From: Clostridiales bacterium DTU033
Lineage (GTDB): Bacteria; Bacillota; Clostridia; Oscillospirales; Acutalibacteraceae
Length of the DNA stretch: 64,000 nt
Reading direction: 5' to 3'
Assembly (NCBI GenBank): GCA_001513365.1
Contig: LFTH01000097.1
Coordinates: 7,742-71,741 of the forward strand
The notes under the pieces are model-generated. The model was given only the letters and a program-made list of their open reading frames with translations, did not search any database and was not told where the DNA came from. Both the position numbers and the translations under genes were made by a program. This document shows, piece after piece, positions 21,012 to 30,000 of the stretch (position 1 is its first letter; the number at the start of each line of letters is the position of its first letter).

Positions 21012-22043
21012 TTACAGATTTCGGGGTTTAATTTCCTTGAAAAAGCAGGAGCGCGAACCGGTATGACAGGCGCTGCCGTGCTGAACAACTCGTATTAACA
21101 GGGTATCGTCATCGCAGTCGCATGATATGGACATCACCTGCTGGTAATTGCCGCTGTTCGCCCCTTTGTTCCAGTATTCCTGTCTTGAACGGCTCCAGAA
21201 CCATGTTGTGCCGGTCTTCAGAGTTCTTTTATATGCCTCCATGTCCATATACGCCAGCATAAGCACTTCGCCTGTTTTATCGTCCTGTACTACGGCGGGG
21301 ATTAGCTCGCTTTTTTTGAAAAGCCTTTCTGGCTCGGCCGCAACAATGGCAGAGGCAAGGTCCAATGTTCCGTTATACAGCGCTTTTCCGCAGATTACGC
21401 CGTAAATGCCCATTTCAGCGAGCCTGTGTATGTGGCTTAAATCCTTAATCCCGCCCGAAGCAATGATATCGCAGGATATCGTGTTCGCAAGCTCGGACAA
21501 CTGCTCAAAGTTCGGGCCTTCCAATGTCCCGTCTTTTGAAATGTCTGTAAAGATAAGTGTCCTTACACCTACTTCTTCCATTTGTTTTGCGGCTTGAATA
21601 TAATTCAGCTTTGAGAGCTCAATCCACCCCTCGGTCGCAGCAAAGCCATCCACCGCGTCAATACCTACCGCTATCCTTTCCCCGAATTTCCTGACTGCCT
21701 GACGTACAAATTCGGGGTTTTTTATTGCGGCAGAGCCCAGCACGCAGCGGGAAATACCGCTGGACAAATAAAACTCTAGCGTGCCCATGTCGCGGATACC
21801 GCCGCCAAGCTGGACTTTTAAGCCGCTTTTTTGCGCAACCTCGATGAATACTGCGGAATTGACCTTCTCTCCCTTTTTTGCGCCGTCCAAATCCACCATG
21901 TGTATCCATTCCGCGCCCGCTTTTTTAAACTCAAGCGCGGTTTTAAGCGGGTCCTCGGCGACCTTCTCTGCTGTGGAAAAATCCCCCTTATACAGCCGGA
22001 CGCACTGCCCGCCGATAATATCTATTGCGGGAAAAACAATCAT
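21012..22043 (-). CDS. hisA/hisI: fused ProFAR isomerase (HisA) / phosphoribosyl-AMP cyclohydrolase (HisI)
   Basis: Single 343-aa ORF. The N-terminal ~238 aa are HisA-like ([36 protein letters not shown]). The C-terminal ~100 aa are HisI-like ([41 protein letters not shown]). Confidence 0.85.
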   Translation of the reverse strand: MIVFPAIDIIGGQCVRLYKGDFSTAEKVAEDPLKTALEFKKAGAEWIHMVDLDGAKKGEKVNSAVFIEVAQKSGLKVQLGGGIRDMGTLEFYLSSGISRCVLGSAAIKNPEFVRQAVRKFGERIAVGIDAVDGFAATEGWIELSKLNYIQAAKQMEEVGVRTLIFTDISKDGTLEGPNFEQLSELANTISCDIIASGGIKDLSHIHRLAEMGIYGVICGKALYNGTLDLASAIVAAEPERLFKKSELIPAVVQDDKTGEVLMLAYMDMEAYKRTLKTGTTWFWSRSRQEYWNKGANSGNYQQVMSISCDCDDDTLLIRVVQHGSACHTGSRSCFFKEIKPRNL

Positions 22044-22080
22044 ATAAACCTACACCCTTTAACTGTATAGTTACAAAGCT

Positions 22081-22653
22081 TTACAGCGAGCCTTTTGTTG
22101 ACAGCAGCCCATCTCTTGGAGTTGCAGCCAGTCTGATTGCATGCGCGACCGCTTTGAACAGCGCTTCAATCATGTGGTGGGAGTTGCTGCCGTATTCCAC
22201 TTTCAAGTGCAGGTTAATCCCGGCGTTGAACGCCAGCGCGCGGAAGAATTCAGGCGTAAGGCAGGTATCAAATTTCCCAACCCTTTCCTGCGGGAATTGC
22301 GCGGTAAACACAAAAAACGGGCGGCCGCAAATATCCACAGCTGCGCTTGCCAAGGCTTCGTCCATCGGCAAAGTTATGCTGCCGTACCGCATAATATCCG
22401 CTTTGTCGCCGAGAGCCTCCGACATCGCCCTGCCGAGCGCTATGCCGGTGTCTTCCGCGGTGTGGTGCCCGTCGACATTCAAATCTCCAGCCACCTTTAT
22501 TTTAAGCCCGAACCCGCCGTGTACCGCGAATGCCTCAAGCATGTGGTCAAAAAAACCGATGCCTGTTGAAACCTCAACCAATCCGCCGTCAAGGCAGATT
22601 TCGGCTGTTATATCAGTTTCCCTGGTTTTTCGCGAATAAGCACCTGTCCTCAT
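22081..22653 (-). CDS. hisB: imidazoleglycerol-phosphate dehydratase (monofunctional)
   Basis: RKTRETDI, DGHHTAED and GSNSHHMIEA. The start could also be 22665. Confidence 0.9.
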   Translation of the reverse strand: MRTGAYSRKTRETDITAEICLDGGLVEVSTGIGFFDHMLEAFAVHGGFGLKIKVAGDLNVDGHHTAEDTGIALGRAMSEALGDKADIMRYGSITLPMDEALASAAVDICGRPFFVFTAQFPQERVGKFDTCLTPEFFRALAFNAGINLHLKVEYGSNSHHMIEALFKAVAHAIRLAATPRDGLLSTKGSL

Positions 22654-23722
22654 AACAGTCAACACCTCTTTTTTTACATAAATAAGCGGCGATTGCGCTG
22701 ATAACCTCTTTGTTTTCCTCTTCCCTGCCCGCGGTAATCCGCAAATGATTTTTGCCTATATTTCGGACAATAATCCCGTTATCAAAAAGGAATTTGAACA
22801 CCTCTTCGGAGTCCTGCAGCTTGATAAACGCGAAATTGGTGCGGCTTTCGTAAACCTTTTCAATCAGCCTTTGGCTTTCCAGCCTGCGCAGTCCGTCAAT
22901 CAGCATATTGCGAGATGTTATCAGGATTTCGGTGTAAACCGTCCTATATAACGGGTTTTTGAGTACTACCCTCGCCATCTCCTGTGATACCGCATTGACG
23001 TTGTACGGTGATTTTGCCGCTTTCAGTATCCTGGTCAGGGTCTTGTTAGCGACCGCGAACCCGACTCTCAGCGCGGCAAGGCCGAGAGCTTTTGAGCATG
23101 TCCTCAGCAAAACCAGGTTTTGATACTCATGGGCTTCCTTGATAAGCGACTGGTCCCAAAAATCCATGTATGCCTCGTCAACCACAACCAGCGCATCGGT
23201 GCCGGTTATCAGCCTGCGGACGTCGTCGGCCGCAAGCCCTAGCGACGTAGGGTTGCAGGGGTTTGAAAAGATTACCATGCGGATTTTTTCCTTTTTTATA
23301 GTGTCAAGCACCAAATCCACATCAACCGCCATATCCTCCCCCTTGCTTAGGCTTATACACTCCGTCTCGGCTATCGAGGAATAAAACGCATACATTGAAA
23401 AATCCGGTGTCAAGGTCAATACCTTTTCACCTTTTTCCAGCAGCGCATAATAGATAATCGAAATAATCTCGTCCGAGCCGTTTCCGGCCGTTACATATTC
23501 GGGCGAAATCCCGTAAAGCTCGGCAAAATCGGCGCAGAGCCCGGCAGCCATCGGGTCGGGATATCTGTTAAAAGCCACATTTGCGGCGGCTGAAGCCATC
23601 GCAATCCTGTCCTCTTCTGTGGGCAGCAGAAAGGATTCGTTTGCGTCCAACCTTACCCGGTATTCCCCCTGAATTGGCTGATACGGTATGAGCTTTTTTG
23701 TTTTTTCTGCGGGAAGATACAT
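22613..23722 (-). CDS. hisC: histidinol-phosphate aminotransferase
   Basis: Class-II aminotransferase with PLP Lys in RTCSKALGLAALRVG. ATG 23722 has GGAAGGG 9 nt upstream. Confidence 0.9.
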   Translation of the reverse strand: MYLPAEKTKKLIPYQPIQGEYRVRLDANESFLLPTEEDRIAMASAAANVAFNRYPDPMAAGLCADFAELYGISPEYVTAGNGSDEIISIIYYALLEKGEKVLTLTPDFSMYAFYSSIAETECISLSKGEDMAVDVDLVLDTIKKEKIRMVIFSNPCNPTSLGLAADDVRRLITGTDALVVVDEAYMDFWDQSLIKEAHEYQNLVLLRTCSKALGLAALRVGFAVANKTLTRILKAAKSPYNVNAVSQEMARVVLKNPLYRTVYTEILITSRNMLIDGLRRLESQRLIEKVYESRTNFAFIKLQDSEEVFKFLFDNGIIVRNIGKNHLRITAGREEENKEVISAIAAYLCKKRGVDCYEDRCLFAKNQGN

Positions 23723-23740
23723 AAAAAACAACCCTTCCGG

Positions 23741-25030
23741 TTACGAAAAGCGTACCTTAATTGAATTAGCGTGGGCGTCAAGCCCTTCGGAATCTGCAAT
23801 CGCGAGAATGTCCTCGCGGGCTGATTTGAGAGCATCGCGGGTGTATGAGATAAAGCTGGATTTCTTTAAAAAGCTGGCGACCGAAAGCGGCGAAAAGAAA
23901 CGCGCGGTGCCGCCTGTCGGCAGAACATGGTTCGGGCCCGCATAGTAATCACCAAGCGGTTCGGGAGAGTATTCCCCAAGGAACACCGACCCTGCGTTGT
24001 CAAGTAGCGACAGGTAATCCATCGGGTTTTCGCACAGCACTTCAAGGTGTTCAGGCGCCAGCAGGTTTGCAAGTTCAACCGCCTTGTCAATATCGGTGCA
24101 TACGATAATTGAGCCGTAGTCTTTTAAGGAGCGAGCGATTATTTCGCGGCGGGACAGCTTTTGTATCTGGCGCTCAATTTCCAGCACTGTCTGTTCAGCA
24201 ACCGCCCTTGATGTTGTAACCAGTGTCGATGAGGCCAGCGGGTCATGCTCGGCCTGCGACATCATGTCGGCGGCTATGTAGGTAGGGTTGGCGGTATCGT
24301 CCGCGAGGATTAATATCTCGCTCGGCCCCGCTATCATGTCGATGTCCACTGTTCCGAACAGCAGTTTTTTCGCGGTTGCGACATATATGTTGCCCGGCCC
24401 CACGATTTTATCCACTTTCGGGATGGACTCGGTGCCGAAGGCGAGCGCCGCGACCGCCTGCGCCCCTCCGCAGAGATATACCCTGCTGACGCCGGCAATG
24501 TGCGCCGCAGTCATGACCGCCGCGTTGAATTCCCCGTCCCCCGCGGGAGGGGTAACCATTATGATTTCCTTGACGCCTGCAACATGCGCGGGAATGGCGT
24601 TCATAAGCACTGTTGACGGATACGCCGCCGTCCCGCCGGGAACATAAATCCCGACCCGGTGCAGTCCGCGCACCCGCTGACCGAGGATTACCCCGTTTTC
24701 CCGCGTTACAAACCCGCGCTGGTTTTCCATCTGGCGGGAATGGAAAGCCGCGATATTCAGCGCGGCGTTTTCGAGCGCTTTGCGAAGCTTCGGCTCGCAC
24801 TTATCGGCGATTTTTTCAAGCTCTTGCCTTTCGATTGGCTTTAAGCTGGTCTGCTTCTTATCGAATTTTTGAGTGTATTCCAATACCGCTCCGTCCCCGT
24901 GCAGCCTGACGTTTTCTATAATCTCCCTGACCTGCGCGGTTACCTGCTCGTTTGTTTCCCTGCTGCGTTCCTCAAGCCCTTTTATAAACAGGTACTCCTT
25001 TTTGCCGTCAGCCTCAATAATCCTAACCAA
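23741..25030 (-). CDS. hisD: histidinol dehydrogenase
   Basis: 429 aa. GGAQAVAALA, IAGPSE and QAEHD. TTG start with GAAGGGGG 7 nt upstream. Confidence 0.93.
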   Translation of the reverse strand: MVRIIEADGKKEYLFIKGLEERSRETNEQVTAQVREIIENVRLHGDGAVLEYTQKFDKKQTSLKPIERQELEKIADKCEPKLRKALENAALNIAAFHSRQMENQRGFVTRENGVILGQRVRGLHRVGIYVPGGTAAYPSTVLMNAIPAHVAGVKEIIMVTPPAGDGEFNAAVMTAAHIAGVSRVYLCGGAQAVAALAFGTESIPKVDKIVGPGNIYVATAKKLLFGTVDIDMIAGPSEILILADDTANPTYIAADMMSQAEHDPLASSTLVTTSRAVAEQTVLEIERQIQKLSRREIIARSLKDYGSIIVCTDIDKAVELANLLAPEHLEVLCENPMDYLSLLDNAGSVFLGEYSPEPLGDYYAGPNHVLPTGGTARFFSPLSVASFLKKSSFISYTRDALKSAREDILAIADSEGLDAHANSIKVRFS

Positions 25031-25050
25031 GGCGGCACCCCCTTCGGGTT

Positions 25051-25695
25051 TTATTGCGCAAGCGCGTTTTCCTCCACTTTTTGGATAAATTCCTCAATCT
25101 CACTTTTACGAAGCTTCATGCAGGCGATATTCGCAATAAGGCGGGCAGAGACCGGCATGATATCCTCGACAACCTTAAGGCCGTTTTCCTTAAGTGTCCT
25201 GCCGGTTTCGACCAAATCCACGATGGCGTCCGAAAGCCCAAGCAGCGGAGCCAGCTCGACCGCACTCTCGACCTTGATTATGCGGACGTCCATTCCCTTT
25301 CCTTCAAAAAAGGAGTTTGACACGTTCGGGTATTTGGTAGCGACCGTTTTTGCTGCGTAACCTGCATAAAAATCGGTTTTGTCCGGCGCGGCGAGCACAA
25401 ACCGGCACCTGCCAAAGCCCAAATCCTCAACCTCGTAGAACCCGCCGCCGTATTCGGCAATGGTGTCCTTGCCCACAATGCCGAGGTCGCAGACCCCGTG
25501 GTTGACATAGGTAATCACGTCGGCGGCTTTTGCGAGCACTACCTCAACCGCTTTTTTATCGGGCGTGTAAACGGGCAGTATCAGCCTTCTTCCCTTCTCA
25601 ACAAGTTCGGCTGTGTCAAATCCCATTTTATCAAACAAAGCTATTGTGCCCTTTTCAAGCCTGCCTTTTGTAACTGCAATGCGTATGGGTTTCAT
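25051..25695 (-). CDS. hisG: ATP phosphoribosyltransferase, short form
   Basis: 214 aa. RIAVTKGRL and DLVETGRTLKENGL. No C-terminal regulatory domain, consistent with the adjacent hisZ. Confidence 0.92.
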   Translation of the reverse strand: MKPIRIAVTKGRLEKGTIALFDKMGFDTAELVEKGRRLILPVYTPDKKAVEVVLAKAADVITYVNHGVCDLGIVGKDTIAEYGGGFYEVEDLGFGRCRFVLAAPDKTDFYAGYAAKTVATKYPNVSNSFFEGKGMDVRIIKVESAVELAPLLGLSDAIVDLVETGRTLKENGLKVVEDIMPVSARLIANIACMKLRKSEIEEFIQKVEENALAQ

Positions 25696-25698
25696 GGC

Positions 25699-26907
25699 TT
25701 AACTCCCTGTTTCCAGTTCAATCTCTTTATCCTCGCTGCCTACAATCAGGATTTTGGGTATCCGCCGTTTTTTTGCGTAATCCTTCGCGTCGTCAAGCGA
25801 AACGAAAACGCTGAACTCGCAGCACACGCCGGTCTGCGCAAGCTCCTCCGCTTTTTTGAGCGCTTTGGTCTCAAATCCGGAACCGGCATGCACCAGCAAC
25901 GACGGAGGAGGCGGAGGCGCGACTTCGCCGCGGGAAAGCATGATTTTGGTTATCGAATCCACATTGACCCCAAACCCGGTCGCAGGCAAATCGACGCCGA
26001 AACGCATAAGGAGAGTGTCGTACCTTCCGCCGGATATAACGGCGTCGCCGCTCCCTTCAATAAAGCCGCGGAAAATCACGCCAGTGTAATATTCGTTCTT
26101 ATGCGCCATGCCAAGGTCGATAATCACATGGTCTGAAAGCCCCAACGCGCCGAGTTTTTGGTAGAGCATGCAAAGATATTCCAGAGCCTCGCGCGCGCTG
26201 CTGTCCGTGCACAGAGGCGCCGCGGCCTCTAATACCACCTCGCCGCCGAACAGACGCGGCAGGTTCCGCAGGAAATTAACAGTTTCGGAATATTCCACTG
26301 TATCCAGTATGCCGCACAGCGCGGTGTGGTTCCTGTCTTCGATATACTGTTTGATTAAGTCTTTGGTTTCAAGGCTCACGTTAAGCTGTTTAACCAGCGA
26401 CATGATAAAACCGGCATGGCCGATTTCAAGACGAAAATCGCCGGCGTCGCAGACTTTAAGCGCCTCGGCGGCGAGCGCAATCACCTCGATATCTGCCCTG
26501 TCCCCCGCACAGCCGATAAGTTCGATTCCCGCCTGAAACCGCTGGTCGTTCCGCCCGCTTAAACCGTGGTTTTGATAATACACGTCCTGCGTATAGTAAA
26601 GCCTAATTGGCAGCGGAGCCTGTTTCAGCCGGGTCGCCACAAGTCTTGCAATCGGCAGGGTTGAGTCCGGGCGCATTACAAGCAGCCTGCCTTTTATATC
26701 TGTCATTTTATACATGTTTTCGGCAGGTATCACCGGATTGCCGGAATCAAACAAATCGTAAAACTCAATGCCCGGTGTCATTGCCTCGGAAAACCCGCGC
26801 AGCCTGAACAGCCGCGACAGCTTTGCTTCCACCTGCCGCCTTGCGGTACATTCTTCAAACAGCAAATCACGTGTGCCGTCCGGCGCAACCCTGATATTTC
26901 TTCTCAT
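25699..26907 (-). CDS. hisZ: ATP phosphoribosyltransferase regulatory subunit (HisRS paralog)
   Basis: 402 aa class-II aaRS-like fold, immediately upstream of a short hisG. Confidence 0.85.
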   Translation of the reverse strand: MRRNIRVAPDGTRDLLFEECTARRQVEAKLSRLFRLRGFSEAMTPGIEFYDLFDSGNPVIPAENMYKMTDIKGRLLVMRPDSTLPIARLVATRLKQAPLPIRLYYTQDVYYQNHGLSGRNDQRFQAGIELIGCAGDRADIEVIALAAEALKVCDAGDFRLEIGHAGFIMSLVKQLNVSLETKDLIKQYIEDRNHTALCGILDTVEYSETVNFLRNLPRLFGGEVVLEAAAPLCTDSSAREALEYLCMLYQKLGALGLSDHVIIDLGMAHKNEYYTGVIFRGFIEGSGDAVISGGRYDTLLMRFGVDLPATGFGVNVDSITKIMLSRGEVAPPPPPSLLVHAGSGFETKALKKAEELAQTGVCCEFSVFVSLDDAKDYAKKRRIPKILIVGSEDKEIELETGS

Positions 26908-26950
26908 CTTTAAGCCAACCCCTTCCGCTTTAGCTGGCTAACACGCTAAT

Positions 26951-26979
26951 ATGCTAACACGATAAAACGCGAATGTCAA
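26951..26979 (-). promoter_or_regulatory. candidate his operon promoter
   Basis: - strand TTGACA (26979-26974), 17 nt, TAGCAT (26956-26951), about 45 nt before the hisZ ATG. Confidence 0.4.
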
Positions 26980-27013
26980 CACTTTTTTTCAAAACACCAA
27001 AATTGTTTGACGT

Positions 27014-30000
27014 CTAAAACCCGAAAAGGGACATCTGGCTTGTCTGTGGCAGGTCCCCGAGCGCGCCCAGCTCTTTCAATGTTTCCACAACTGTTCTTGA
27101 AACGCCGCTTCTTTGTTGCAAATCATCGCACGAGATAAACTCGCCCTTTTCCCTAGCCTCGACAATGCCCTGCGCCGCAGCCCTGCCTAGCCCCTTTACC
27201 GAGCAGAACGGCAGGCGGATTTTGCCGTCTTCCATCAGGAACTTATATGAGTGGGAGAGGTATAAATCAACCGGGAGGAATTCAATCCCCCTGCACATGG
27301 CTTCGTAAACAATATGCAGAGCTTCGGCCTGGGAAATCTCCCTCGCGCTCGCTTCCTTCCCTTTGCTGCGGATGGCGTCCATCCGTCTTTTAACCTCCGG
27401 TTTCCCCCTGATTACCGGCTCGGCGTCGACATCATCGCTTCTGACTGTAAAATACGCCGCATAGTATTCGGCGGGGTGATAGACCTTGTACCACGCCACC
27501 CGCAGCGCGGCGATGACGTAAGCCGCGGCGTGCGCTTTCGGGAACAGGTACTTGATTTTCATGCAGGAATCCTTGTACCATGACGGCACACCCTGCTTTT
27601 CCATAGCCTCAAAATGCTTTTCAGTCAGCTCTGTGGCGGCCTTGCCCCTGCGCACGCTCTCCATTATCTGAAACGCCATTTTCTTGTCGATGCCTTTATG
27701 GATTAAATATGTCATGATACTGTCCCTGGTACCGATAACCTCGGATATGCTGCACTTGCCTGAGCGGATTAATTCCTGCGCATTGCCGAGCCAGACGTCG
27801 GTGCCGTGCGACAGGCCGGAAATCTGGATTAAATCTGCGAAGGTTTTGGGTTTTGCCTCCAAAAGCATTTGACGTACAAACGGGGTGCCCATTTCCGGGA
27901 TTGAAAGGGTGCCGGTCTCGCAGTCTATTTCCTCTTTGGTAACGCCCAGCGGCTCTGGCGAAGTGAACAGCTGATACACTTTTGGGTCGGACATCGGCAC
28001 ATCCAGAACGCTGATACCGGTGTATTCCTCAAGGTATTTGTAAATTGTCGGTATATCGTGTCCGAGAATGTCCAGCTTTAAGATTGTGTTGTGGATTGAT
28101 TCAAAGTCAAAGTGGGTGGTGATTATCTCCGAATTCGGGTCGTCGGCAGGGTGCTGTACAGGCGTAAAGTCCTCGACCTCAAACCCGTTCGGGACCACCA
28201 CCATCCCGCCTGGATGCTGGCCGGTGGTGCGTTTGACGCCGATACAGCCTTTGACCAGCCGGTCAATCTCGGCGTTGGTCAGGTTAAGCCCGCGTTCCTC
28301 AACATACTTTCTGACATAACCGTAAGCCGTTTTCTCCGCGACGGTGGCGATTGTGCCCGCCTTGAACACGTGGTCGGAGCCGAACAGAGATTCGGTATAC
28401 CTGTGCGCCGACGCCTGATACTCGCCGGCAAAATTAAGGTCGATATCCGGCGCTTTGTCGCCGTCAAAACCGAGAAAGGTCTCAAACGGGATTTCATGCC
28501 CGTCTCGCTCCAGCATTTCGCCGCAGTTCGGGCATTCCTTTTCGCTCAAATCAAAGCCGGAGCCGATTTCACCTTTTGTGAAAAACTCGGAGTATTTGCA
28601 TTTTTTGCAGTAATAGTGCGGCGGCAGAGGGTTGACTTCGGAAATCCCCGCCATACTTGCCACAAACGAGGAGCCGACAGAGCCCCGCGAACCTACCAGA
28701 TAACCGTGCTCCACCGAATCCTGAACCAGTTTATGCGCTATCATATACATAACGGCGAAACCGTGTTTGGTAATAGCGTTCAGTTCGCGCTCAAGCCGTT
28801 CCGAAACGACTGTCGGCAGATTTTCGCCGTAGATTTCCTTTGCCCTGCTCCATGTTATCCTCTGCAGTTCCTCCTCCGCCCCGTCGATGTGAGGAGGGTA
28901 TATGCCTTCCGGAATTGGGCGTATCTCCTCAATCATATCGGCTATGCGGTTTGTGTTTTGGACCACAACCTCGAAAGCCTTTTCTTTGCCCAAATAGCTG
29001 AATTCCTCAAGCATTTCCTCGGTGGTGCGGAAATACAGAGGAAGGCGGCAATCGGCGTCTTCAAATCCCTGTCCGGAAAGCAGGATTTCGCGGTAGATTT
29101 CATCCGAAGGGTCAACAAAATGCGAATCACAGGTGGCGCAGACCGGTATGTCCAGCATTTCGCCGAGGCTGACGATTGTACGGTTGAATTCGCGCAGTTG
29201 CTGTTCATCCTTTGCCATCCCGTTGCGCAACAGGAAAAGATTGTTGGCAACCGGCTGGATTTCAAGAAAATCGTAAAACCTGGCGATTTCGCACAGCTCG
29301 TCCCACGTTTTTCCGTTGACTACCGCCTGATAAAGCTCTCCCTGCTCGCAGCCGCTGCCGATTATCAGTCCCTCTCTGTGTTCAAGCAGCTTTGATTTGG
29401 TAATCCGCGGTTTGCGGTGGAAGTTGTGCAAATGGGACCATGAAATCAATTTATAGAGGTTTTTCAGCCCTTTTTTGTCTTTTGCAAAAATTATTGCGTG
29501 AAACGGGCGTATTTTTCTGGTGTCAATGCCTGCAAGCTCGGTGTTAATCGAGCCTGTCGATATGATACCCCGCTTTTTAAGTTCCCCGATAAGCCTTGTA
29601 AAAATCGCGGCAAGCGCTTTGGCGTCGTCAAGCGCGCGGTGATGTTTGAAATCCTCAATTCCGATGTGGCTGGCAACGGTATCCAGCTTGTAATTCTTTA
29701 AGTCGGGATAAAAAATCCTGCACAGGGGAACGGTGTCAACAGACGTAAACTCATAGGGCAACCCGCTTCTGGCCGCGGCGGCCCTGATAAAAGAAGTGTC
29801 AAACGCGGCGTTGTGCGCGACCAGCACGTCGCAGTCCCCGCAAAACGAATAAAACATCTCAAGTGCCTGCTTTTCGGTAGGCGCGTACTTCACAATTTCG
29901 TCAGTTATGCCGGTCAGTTCGGTGCTTTTCTTTGAAATCGGCCTTAAGGGGTTGACGTAGGTACTGAAACTGTCGGCAATCTCCCCGTTTTTGATTTTTA

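Noticed and set aside
20995-21014. Possibility that hisI/hisE is a frameshifted hisIE pseudogene
   Set aside because: The HisI domain ends at a clean TAA. A GAAAGGA RBS and the hisE ATG follow within 16 nt, and both parts are full length.
25498-26136. 212-aa ORF antisense across the hisG/hisZ boundary. Similar cases are 22025-22639, 39575-40225, 41419-42036 and 52541-53245
   Set aside because: All lie opposite well-supported genes and show no recognisable domains.
28112-29395. 427-aa ORF on the + strand
   Set aside because: It lies entirely antisense inside polC. It is Arg/Phe/Val-rich with no motifs, typical of a shadow ORF.
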